From the NCBI GenBank assembly GCA_973895155.1, contig OZ316894.1, forward strand, positions 8,580,234 through 8,644,233: 64,000 nucleotides of DNA, read 5' to 3'. Below, one piece after another: positions 36,831 to 49,000 of this stretch. The notes beneath the pieces are model-generated. The model was not told the origin of the DNA and did not search any database. It was given only the letters and a program-made list of their open reading frames with translations. Numbering within the stretch: the first letter of the stretch is position 1; each line of letters opens with the position of its first letter. The translations under genes were made by a program, and so were the position numbers. The DNA is from Marsupella aquatica (lineage: Eukaryota; Plantae; Marchantiophyta).

Positions 36831-39402
36831 CAGTTCTTTGGCAAGGGCTCGTCTTGTTTTGACATGAGAAGATTTGATGAGGGGCGTATGAGTCCATTTT
36901 TAATGTAAAAGACTCAAAATAGAAATTGACCAAGCCTCCAGATGAGAAGACCTCCAAGAGAGGTGGTCTAAAATGTGGGACAAAAATATGTCCCACTCAA
37001 GCAAAACTTAGGATGGGCACAGTTTAGAAGGAAACAACCCCAATATTTTGTGAAGTGAACAGCAGGTGCATCTCTCCAATGGATGGCCCTGATCATATCT
37101 TGCAGACCAGAAAAAAGCTGAAAGTGCATATCCACAAGAAAAATCCCAGGGCCTTTGTTTCAAAATGAGGTTTGCTCCTCTCCCTGCAACTCCCCTATAC
37201 CCCCCTATATCCCCTGCTAGGTCATGGTAACTTCCCAGTTTTGTCCTGCTTTGCCCAACCCTAAACTCTGTTGTTGTCACCTGCTTTGCCCAACCCTAAA
37301 CTCTGTTGTTGGCACGCCTCACCCATTGACTCATTGCACCTCATCAAAATCAAGACTTGTGGGTTGCCAAAGTCACTTGGAAGAATGGGAGTTCTCGCAA
37401 TCACGCACTTTTACTTGGGTCCCAGTAATTGCACATCATAATATGACATATACCAAGAAATGCATCACTCCACACCATGATAAATCTTGTTATTTTCTTT
37501 AAATCAACCAGTGCACACTTTAAATCAATGAGTGCACACCTTATACTATCACCTTTTATGCTTAATTACCAGCATGCAGTAGGGTCATGATGGGAAGCCT
37601 CCACTGTGGACCCTAAATGCTGCTGCCTCGTGACTGTGGTTGCAGCAACTGGTAGCAGGGGTTGTAGGAATGTTGGGGGGTGGCGGCAATGTCCAGCAAG
37701 TCCCTTTCAAAAGAAGGGGCTTGCTGGGGTTTCTTTCCCTACAGCGGCTATCAAGTCTTTTATTGTCAATTAATGTAGTAATAACAACGAGATCCAACAG
37801 CTGTTGTGGGATGCTTGTTCTAAACAGAGAGATTCTGATCATGGATTCTTCTAGTGGTAGGTGTTGTAAACAGTAGATTTGTAGACGGGGAGGGAAGGAC
37901 GAGAGGGAACCCTATAGCAGATATAATCTGCACAGGTTTGGTGGCCAGTGCTCCCCAAACAATAGAAATAGAGGTGCGGTTATGGGCATTGAGGTTCCAA
38001 TGTTGCTATTGAGAGACCCAACCCCACCGAAGCCTTCAAACTGGCTCCCGTTCCTCAAATTGCAGAATAAAACCTTCAAATGTAATGCCCAAATGGATCC
38101 CGATGATGAGAATGGAGTTCTGAATAGCTGGGTGGTTTGGAGACCGCCTTTCTTTGCTACAACTGGCAGTTGACACTTCGAATGGTGTCCAGCAAATATT
38201 AAGAGCTACATATTACCGGTGTGCAGAAGTAACTGGCCCCATTCATTGATGGATCCAAGCACTTGGACTAGCGTTCTCAGGCGATGGTTGGCTACTCTAC
38301 ATTTTCTTCAGGCTCTGGCTTCTGGTAAACCCTAAAACTTCATCACATCCTCTGGTGGTCTGAGGTGACCAGTTCAGATGGATGAGTGATGGTTTTCGTT
38401 GCTTGGCTCAAAGACATGAAAAACTCTTGTCATCTGTGCGTCGTCCTCCTGCTGCCGCGACTTTCATCCACTACAGGCAAGCAAGTTAGGAATCTTCTAA
38501 GGAATAACGCTGCCCAGCTCAGTAAGGTCTCAAATCCTCGTTGATTCAGTATACCGATCAAAAGGGTGATTCAGGAATCTCTTTCTTCCTGAGCCCTTAA
38601 CTTGTATTCCATATTTTTCCAATTATTTATTGAACTATCCTACGAAATCCCTGCTATCATCCTCGCTAGTGTCACAAACCCTACAAGTTAAAGTTCCTCT
38701 CAGTCCTGCTGCAAATCAAAATCATCGCAGAGACCAAACCTCACACTCCAAGCACTTCACCTTTCTCCCTTGACGATAGGGTGTAAGGTCCTCAGGGAAC
38801 AAATTCTTGGCGAAACGGCAGAGCAAAAGATTACTTCTTCCCCCTGCATGGTAGAACCCGGAGTGCGATTTGGGATTGAATACTCTTCTGTAACACAGCT
38901 GATTTCCATATAGATACTCCGAAGTGGAGATCAACTTCTCATGGGCTATGTACCCATTTCATTACAAGGCTGCGTGTAGCAGCGTCTGATATGCCAGAAT
39001 CTAAAATAGAAGCGCGACTTACTGCAGGGAAGACGAAGCACACCTGACAGACACGTTTCCAAAGACGTGAAAAGGGAAGCACCAAGTCGCATGAGTTATT
39101 AGAAATGGCGAGATTTGCAGAACAGGCCCTTCTCCAGTCAACCAAGTACCACAACCGCAGCTGCAATTCTCCGTGTTTACAAGAGCGAGGCTTGCTTTTC
39201 ATTTCTTAGTACATGACGGCCCATAACGTTGACGCCATTGGAGATTCAGAACCTGAAGCATTCACCAAACAAGTAACGTGGTTGCCATTTGGCATTATGG
39301 GTTTGAAAAAATCTACAAATACATGTACACCTTCGTAGGCCCCGGGTATCATTAAGTGTACAACAAGAGCCTGGCTGACTTGCGCAGCTCTCTTAATCTT
39401 CT

Positions 39403-42400
39403 TCACAGCCGTCTTGAGGGCTCTCTGAAAAAAGGATGCTTTAATGCCTCTTTCGCAGTCATCCGCTCTGATGGTTCAAATTTAAGCAACCCATGCAAAA
39501 GGTCAATAAGTACTCCCGCTGAGTGATCTACATGCAGCATGATCAAATTCTGCATCCCACCAGAGTGTGCCTAATTAGACCAGTTGAGGAAACACATCTC
39601 AGCCAGGCACTGAGATGTTGATTGTTGATGACAGAAAGCATATCCAAAATGGATATAGTCTGAAACCTACAGTTAGTAGGGACTTTGGGGACGAAAACCT
39701 AAGACAACTCGTTTTCTAGTTTAACGTAAGGAAGGCTTACCCTTAGTCGCTGCAATCTTTTGACAGCTCGGATACTCTCCCATGAGACTGCGCCATCAGG
39801 CCAATTCAACTCTCGGCCATTTTTCAAGTACTTTTCAGCCCTGCGACTACAAAAAGGAAAAACAAAAGACACTGAATAGTCAAGTCTACTCGTTGAAACA
39901 AACCAAAAAGGTATCTTTCGCCTGCCCATGATAGCTTTCAGACACCGCTTTAAATCTACTGATAGGCCACAAAAAATTTAGAATAACATCGAAGAATCGC
40001 TTCTTAAAGATTTAAAAATCAAGCGGGGCGTGGAGAGGCCGACATACTCTGTCCTTTTTATCATCGATTGAGGTATAGGACCTAGCACACGTTCCATCAT
40101 TGCAAGATGCTCCAAATTTTCATGCGTTTGAAACAAAGCATCCCCCTGCCATCACCCGTCATGACAAACGACATTTACAAAAAATACAAACCTACAACTG
40201 AGGTCCAAGTGAACTTCGTAGCCAACCAAAGCAATTCATATTTTGTTTGACTAAACAAAATACGTGGGTTAACACTCACTGCCGGCCAACATGAGAAACG
40301 CGACGAACTTTTCGAACAAGCTAAAAAAATGCCTTCAAATGTTTGCCACGTAAACCATCGATTTCAGTGTCGCCAAAAAAATTCAATAAAATCTCAGTAC
40401 AGGTATAGGTAAATCCAGGCAAATCCAGAGAATGAAAAAGATTGACGGTATCTCACTGAGCCTGTTATCACATACCGAACAAAGCTCTACGAGTATGCAA
40501 CCAACGCTCCACAGATCGCAAGGATATGTCCAGCCAAGACCTGCAAAGACTAATTGAATCAGGCCAAGGAATGTGATCTAGAAAATATTTTATCAGGACT
40601 TTCCCAGGCACAAGACCGCAATTGAAATGCAAATAGGGAAGGATGGCGGGAAGTCCCATGCACGAACCTCACATCCTTCATTGACACAATGTTTTTAAAA
40701 ACGACACCTCCACTGAGGCTCCACCGGAATCGACCCGACAAGACACAAACCTTCAAAATTGGGAACCGTTTACAGGCCACCAAGCCTAAGAGTACTTACT
40801 TTATTCCATTCCAAAAGGGAACCTGGATATGCAAGCTTACCCAATATTACTTCTGGAGCACGATAATGCCTTGTGGAAACAACAGAGCAATGATAGTGAC
40901 TGTCAAATGTTGCACTGCCGAAGTCGATGAGCTTGATGTCACTGTATCTGGGCACCCGCTTGAAATGCTTTGTACCTTGGGAGGACTTTGGACACAAAAC
41001 ATAAATACAAGAAGTCAAAAACACCTAACCACTACCAAGCCTACAAAGGAAATGCACGAGACAGGCCCATGCGTGGCAGATCTGACCAAAAAGGAGCTTG
41101 TGATGCATGTCCTAACTTCATCGTAGATTCTACTTGTGTTTAGGACGACATTCAGGAGATGCAGAGACCTAATCTGTTTCGAGCCTCATCGGTGCAGTAC
41201 TGACATTCCAATTTACACGATCTGGTTAACTAGAACCAACTCCCCAAACGCGTTTCCCCAGCTTGGAACTCCAACGTATGTCATTTGCTCACCTTATATT
41301 CGAGCACTTTCACATATTCCGAAGACACCAAAAGAATGTTCTCGGGCTTCAGGTCTGTGTGAATGAGAGTAAGCTCGTGCATATCTGAAAACAGAGCGTG
41401 CAATATTGGTCACCATTACTAACTAGAAACAAGAGTAGCAAGCAGGAGAAATCTATCCTTATTTGACACCATATTAAGGATCGTTTACAAAATCTCCATC
41501 CACAACCAGAATCACAGAATGAACACATCACCCATATAAGAGCCGTGAGACATACAAGCCACTGATTCCAGAAGTTGTCTACTGAATTCTCGAACAAGGT
41601 CGACCGAAAATGGGCGGTAATTGTTCCTTCTCAAGAAATCGTACAAACTCGGGCCCAGCCTTTCGCAAACCTTTGAACAAAGACAATTCAGTCAATTGTA
41701 ACCTTGAAAAAGTACTGCTACACAACCAAGAGCAAATATTGGTTCGAGACTAACCATACATATGTATCTACTAAAATTACCAACAGTGCCGGTCGTTAAT
41801 CTTAAACAAATCAAGCATACAATTGTACACATTGACGATGACAACTTTATTCCCAAATGGACATGCACGTTAGGAAATGCTCCACGGCATAGAAACTAGT
41901 GCTGGCCAATGATAGCAAGATACTCACAATACAGACATGATTGCGGAAGTCAAACCAGTCCTTCAGCTGCACGCACCTCCTGCATCACACAACACAAAGA
42001 AACGGTCATGAAGACGCAAACTAATTTCCAGAGTCAAGCCCTTCCTCGGACTCAGTCACAGCACACTAACATAACATCCCCGGGCATCTACAGTGAGGGG
42101 TGCTAGGTAAGGTGGAAGCACTACACAAGTCATAATCATATGACAGAACAGACCGTGAGCCAGTCTTGTCGTGCTTGGCCAGCGCACATAGAACGTCTAT
42201 TTCAATCATGGCGGCATCACGGTACTTCTGCACATTTCGAATCACTTTGATGGCCACATACTCCTGCGCTTCTCGATCCCAGCATTCCAAAACCCGCCCA
42301 AATGTCCCTGCAGGGCTCCAGTTCAGCCATGTAGGCACACCCCATATAAACACCACCGCCAAAGGGATTCCGCAACTGCTTATCAGTCACCCCTCAGTTC

Positions 42401-43875
42401 CTCCAAAAATCTGGATTAACCAAGGATCTATCACTGTCACCAAGACTCTCAATTCTTGGCTTAGTGCTAATGTCGGTAGCAGATTAAGCTTCAACCTGAA
42501 AGGCTGTGACATGCTTAGGCCGATAAAGGCTTAAAACAGGGGGTTACTAAGTCGAGCCAGATGAAAGCAATGCCGAGCAATTCAGAACTCAAATGAATCT
42601 ACATCCCGACCCCGATCGACTCGAGAGGAACAAGATCCAAATTGATCAGTTTGCTATCACGTCCGGACCAGGAACGCGAAAAATTATCTCTACAAGCAGC
42701 TTTTAAAAGAGTGTCGGGAGAAAGGGGAAGACGAGCGCACCTTCACCCATCTTGCTTATGATCTTATCTGCAAATACAGCAGATACACAAAACATCCACA
42801 ATGCAAGCTGTCAGCTCCAGATGAAAGGCCGGTACTGAACACTTGTTGACCCAAGCTACAGAATCCCTGAGGCCCAAGAGACCCTATTTTTGGAAAGTGA
42901 CCACATCGCTCCCCAGTAAAGCTTTCGACCTGGCGCAAATACCAAAAGTTGCTGACTACAAGGCCTCAACGCAGGTGAACTAGATTGATGAGGACAACAT
43001 TAGAGTTAGCAAGGGTGATTACAGCGCGAGGTAATATTCTCCCCCAAGTCAAACTGGAAGTGTCCATCCTTGTCATCTTCGCGCCACGGAGGGGAGGCAA
43101 CACGACCTGCCCCATTGAAATAAGGTTGCTGCGCGGGGCCTGACCCTGGTCCCTGCACGGCTGACGAGAGTTTTCCCCCGTGAACCCTCGACCCTCCCTG
43201 GTCGTCCACTCCATTATACCCGGCTTGCGGTGCCTGAAAGACCTCACGACGTAGCAAAAATGTCAAAACTTTTTCCGGCCCAAGATGATCGAACTCATCC
43301 AGACGGCACCTCCCAAAAATGCGTTCAAGTTTTTACGGGTTTGTAAATAAACAAACAGCGTAGTTGGTCAACCCTGCTTATGCTACCGAGCTAGAAAGAA
43401 TGACTGCTTGATATACAATGATGCTCTACGCGACTTGCAAAACGCGTTGCAAAAGTCGGTTCTTTCCCCACTCTTTCGATCATAACCGTTAATACGGACA
43501 GCACAAAACCAACCAAATATGGAGTGACAGGACTCCAAGATTTACTCTCTAAAGTATGGCATTCATGCAACTCCTAAAGAAGCAGTGACGGCTCCCATTC
43601 TCGAAAGAGGAGAGTGTGATGTCATTTAATTCCGTGAAGGTCAACCAAGTGATAAACGAACATTGTCGTAAACTAAGCGCCGGCCGAAAACTACGGTGAC
43701 GAGTCCGATTCATTTTTTAAATGATAGTACATCAAAGTCTCATCTGCTCGCTGCAAGGCAAAAATAACAAGAACGACTGCGAGTAGCTCACCTCGTCGCC
43801 GTCCCCCCGATCTGCATCGTCCAGCGTCAACCTCGCCCTCTTTTCGGGCCTCGCGTCGTAAATAATCCTGTCCAT
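39403..43875 (-). CDS. AFC: LAMMER-family (AFC/CLK) SR-protein kinase, about 12 coding exons
   Basis: [16 protein letters not shown]; [13 protein letters not shown]; [15 protein letters not shown]; VAIKVIR; [10 protein letters not shown]; IDFGSA; [13 protein letters not shown]; [18 protein letters not shown]; ALKHPFF, with TGA at 39403-39405. Includes a 27-nt exon at 42767-42741. Confidence 0.93.
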
Positions 43876-45088
43876 TTTCGGCTCGTTGTTCCCTCGCTCT
43901 CTCGAGACTTACTGTAGATCACTGCTCGATGATACTTGGATGTAATTGAAGGATTCCGCCTGACCATCAGTTAAGTCACATCAACTGGCAAGACAGCGAA
44001 CTTAAGGTGAAAAGCAACTTTCTTGTCAAAACATACAGCACCCTCGCACAGGAACCGGAGCAGAAGCGGTACCTGAAACCCAAGGAACAAATTGTCAATC
44101 TGCGAACACTATACTTTCCCAAAGCCACTAGGACTTGGTGCGGAAAGATCGCCTATTCATAGATATATACGAATTAGGGTTAGACCTAAAGCCTCTGTTT
44201 AAATATATCAAAGGACCAAGATATATGCTTGAAGAGCCATACCGAGGACGAGCTGAGGTATTGCTTTCACAGGCTCTCCTCCAGTGAAGCCAGCTATGAG
44301 GAGGAAGAAGCTAAGTATGAAGTATCAGTCACGTGCCACCACCTCCTCTCGATAAGCAAACTTTGGAGTGATACAGCCTACAACGGAGCAACCTGGGACA
44401 ATGTCCAGTGTTTCTCGAACTCTTTAAAAAAATCCTAAAAGAGAGAGAGAGAGAGAGCGAGAGAAACTGGCAAACACTCCAAACAGAACCTCAAAAGAAA
44501 GTCGAACCACAATCAAATATCCCTACCTCCAGCAGAAAGACGGTGTGGTCACTTTCTTCCACCATGAGCAGCAAAATTCAATCTGCAATTGCTCCTCCGC
44601 TCAAGCATTCAGTGAGGACTTGGAATCGACATGGCCCCTGCCTCGCCACCAATCGTGCCACCGACAACAAACACCCCTGACTCAACACCAAATCATACCT
44701 CTGCCCCTTCCACAGGATTCCATGAAACAGAACCGACGGTCTCAATCAACCAATATCCAATCCCAAGCAGCGATCCACGAACAGACACTTTCCTCCCCTT
44801 CCTTTCCCTTCCCTTCCCTTCCAAAATCGTAGTTCATTCGTTACTAGCCATCCCTGCCGGTCTCATTCCTGTCCGTGTTGTCGTTGTTCACCGGGTCCAA
44901 AAGCAGCAGCAGCAGCGAAGGCCCGCCACCACATTCGTCGTCAATGGGGGACCTGCAAGGCGAATTTCTGTTCTCTCTCCTTCCTTTTACTTTTCTTTCC
45001 TCGCCTTTCTTTCGTTCCCGCTCGAGCTTTTTGCTCCTCTCGTGCTTTTTCCGAGTGGCAGAAACGAGTCGACGAGACGGACGACGAA

Positions 45089-45140
45089 GTGGAGTAGAGT
45101 AGAGTAGAGTAGTGGAGTGGGAGTGGAGTGGGAGTGGAGT
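45089..45140. repeat. (GTAGA)n/(GTGG(G)A)n microsatellite near the presumed AFC transcription start
   Basis: gtggagtagagtagagtagagtagtggagtgggagtggagtgggagtggagt. Confidence 0.8.
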
Positions 45141-46048
45141 CGGGTTGGCCAACGAGAGAGACGACAAAAACACATCTCAGCAAAAGGGCGAGATGGAGGG
45201 CGGAGCCAAGGGTACGGCAGACAGGGGTATGCGTATATCCTCGAGGGAGGACTATAGTACCTGTCCCGATCATTTCGCATCAAAATGATGAGGTCTAATG
45301 CGTACAGTAGGGTACAGTAGGGTCCAATATGTAGAAACCAGCTCACTTCAATTGTTTGTTTGCTTCTTATTAGTCTTATGGTTTTTCTGGGGTACTCCTT
45401 GACTTGGTGTGCCTCTTTGGTCTTCTTGGGGTCTTTTCTTTCCCCCATTTATTGTGTTGTTTCCCCTTTGGGACCATGTATCTTGGTTTGGCGCTCCTGT
45501 CTTCTTTTTTTGGCAGTGTGATATATACTTCAATACCCTATGTTAGAAAATATATGGACTTCATGTAAAAGATGTAATTATGTAATTAGTTGAGTACTAA
45601 CCCCTTGTTCATTATGTAATTGTTTCTTATTGTTAAAGTGGTAGATTTTTTTAGGTTTTGTTTTGTTTTCCTTTTTCGAGTTTTATGGGGTTGCATTTGC
45701 CTCTTTATAGTGTTTGTTGTTTGTCCTCTTAAACCTCTTTTGCTTTCCCTTTGTTGTACTGTTTTTGGCCCTTTTAGTATGTATTGTCTTGTATATTTTT
45801 CTTTTCACATCAAGGGGCTTTGGGAGGATATCTTGTACTGCAATTAACTTGATTGTAGTGACAATCGTAACTCTAGATCTAAGAGTAAATGCCTAATAGA
45901 GAACCTTAATGGACAAACACTTTTTTGACACCCCAAGATATGCCCATTCACATAATGAAACAGTGTTATCTGAGTAGTATTAATCATTTTCAAAACAATT
46001 CATATAAAGTTTAAATATCCATTCTTGTTGTCTCAAGTTTGTGTGTAA

Positions 46049-49000
46049 TGTTATAACCCATGGTCAAGTCTAACCTAGACATTGAGTTAACCCATAACCT
46101 TAGGTAGTTACTCCACCCATAACTACCACCATGTATATATGTCCCTTGGAGGAATTGAATGTCACTTCTAGTGTGTACATTCAACACGTTATCAGCACGA
46201 GAGAGCTTGAATTGTTTTTGAACCTTGATCATTGTTTGACCATTGAACTTTTTGCACCTCCCACCAATCGGTACAGCAATTCTGGAGATCTCCATTAGAC
46301 CCTTGCCAATCATGAATTAAGGTGGACTTCACTTTGACCGATTCATGATTCATGATTCTTTGGACAAATCAAACAACCAAATTAGATGTTGAAGATTGCT
46401 ACACAAAGTTGAGCAGGGAATCAAGAGGAACAATTGCAACAGAAATGTGACGCGGATTGACAAGAGAAGGACATTTACCAGATATGCAACATCAATCTCT
46501 CACCACCTAATTTGAAATTTCCAATTCCGATTGGGTATTACATTCAAACTCAACACTTACCATATATCAATACAATCATAATGACTACAAATACGAAAAA
46601 CTTAAGTTCTTCCAAGCTTTAAGCATCGATGACTCTAACTACTTATCCTGGTCACTTGATGCTGAAGCACATCTAGCCGCTAAGAACCTACAAGACACTA
46701 TCCTTACCGATGCTGGACCTTCCCTTCAAGACAAGGCTAAAGCCCTCATCCTAATAAGGCATCACCTAAGCAATTCACTAAAATGTCAATACTTGAATCA
46801 ATACAATCCCAGAATCCTTTGGGACAAACTTCATTCTAGATTTGACCACACTTGAACAATCTCTCTGTCCGCTGCAAGGCACAATTGGGTCAATCATTGA
46901 GTACAAGATCACAAAACAATCGCCGAATATAAAAGCGAGCTTTTCAGAATAGTCGCACAACTAGCAATCTGCAGACAACCTATCACTGACGAAGAACAGA
47001 GAGAGAAAAACACTGTCCACCCTACATTCCACTAACCTAGATTTTATTCACACAATACTGAAACATGTGATTCACAAAATACTCTGAATTAATCGCACAC
47101 ATGCTTTTAGCCGAGAGACATCAACTCCTACTACTACAAAACACCCAACAGAGACCCCCGGGTACTCTACCACCACAAACATCCACTGAATCCCACTTCA
47201 ATGCAAGAGCTACAACACGCAACACAATAAGTACAATGACCAAGGCTATTCCTTTAGAGGAAGAGGTACCTTTAGAGAAGGTAGGGGGAGCTACCCCCAA
47301 CGTGGAGGCAAAGAATCCACATTCGAGGGTAGGGGCAGAGGCCGATCACGCTACAATGGCCCCAGAGGCACTTGGAGACAGGGAAGAGGTAGCCAACAGA
47401 GACCAAGAAATACATATGATAGAAACTTCAGAAATAAGTCTGATAACCCCCCTATATGCTATCAATGTGGGACCAAATGGCACATCAAAAAAACATGTCG
47501 GGCCCCTGCACATCTAGTACAACTTTATAAGAAAAGCACAAACCAACCTGAATTTGAAGCACATGGGGCATCTATGGAAACCCCCAAAATACTGTTGTAA
47601 GCCCACATGGTAGACGGTCACAAGGTTGGACATCTGGCCCTAGATGACCCCAACTCCTGCATTGTCGACAGTGGCACAACTCACACCATCTTGAAAAAGG
47701 AGTATTTCAATGAGATAACTCCTTCTCACCAAAAAGTCAATACAATCATGGGTCAATACCAGATTGAGGAGGGACACAGCCCTGCCACCTTAATCCTCCC
47801 GAGAGGCACTGTAATTAATATAAAATCTGCAATCTTTGCCCCAAAGGCGACAAGAAACCTTCTTGGTTTGAGGGATATGAGGGACAACAATTTCCATATT
47901 CACACCAACATCAGTAACAATATGGAAGTCCTACAAATTATAGCAAGGACACCCATAGACACTGAAATAAAAGAGATATTAACAACATACCCACTCAAAT
48001 TCTATGTTACCAAAGCTCATAGCTTCCATATTGAAGTTGAAACAAACACACTCACAACAATATGGCACCGCAGATTGGGTCACCCAGGCACTAGCATGTT
48101 CCACAAAATTCTTAAAGACATACAGGGCATACCAACTACTGTCCACCCTTCCTCCCTTCAGGCTCCATGCTTAGCCTGCTCCCAAAACAAGCTTATTACA
48201 CGACCCTCATCAACAACAACTAAGATGAAAATACCAAATTTCTTAGAAAGGCTCCATGCAAATATCTGTGGGCCGATAGAGCCCCAGAGTGGTCCATTCC
48301 GTTTCTTCCTAGTAATTATTGATGCCTCCTCCAAATGGTCCCATGCGCGTCTCACTTTTGTCTACCCAAAGTCTGGTTTTCCTCGCCTCCTTGCACATAT
48401 ACTCAAGCTGATTACCCTACCAAAATCCTCAGAGTAGACAATGTCGGGGAGTGTACATCTAAGACCGTTGATGACTTCTGCTTGTGCAGGAATTGACGTA
48501 CAATACCCTATGGCGTACATTCACTTCCAGAATGGGATCGCTAAATCCTTTATTAAGAGACTGCAAATCGTGGCCCAACCCCTACTCATGCAATCGAACC
48601 TACCAACTTCGGCATGGGCCATGCCATCTTGCACGCTACTGCACTACTACGATACCGACCATCATCGTTCAATTCAACCACACCTCACCATTTAGCATTT
48701 GGAACCATCCCCAATATAGCCCACCTGCGCACCTTTGGCTGCCAAGTGTTAGTCCCGATTATGGGCCCCAAGAGAACCAAACTAGGACCCCAAAGACATA
48801 AGGGAATCTACATAGGTTTTGACTCCACGGCTATCATTAGATACCTAGAGCCAACAACGATTGATGTATTTAAAGCCAGATTCTCAGATTGCCACTTGAA
48901 TGAGGACATTTTCTCCACAATTGGTACAACACCAACTCCAAAGAAACAGACAGAAGACACACTCCAATGGAAAATATAGACTGAATTTTGGAATGACCCA

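Noticed and set aside
44408-45448. Overlapping 90-158 aa ORFs
   Set aside because: Low-complexity GC/CT-rich sequence consistent with the AFC 5' UTR and promoter; no domain motifs.
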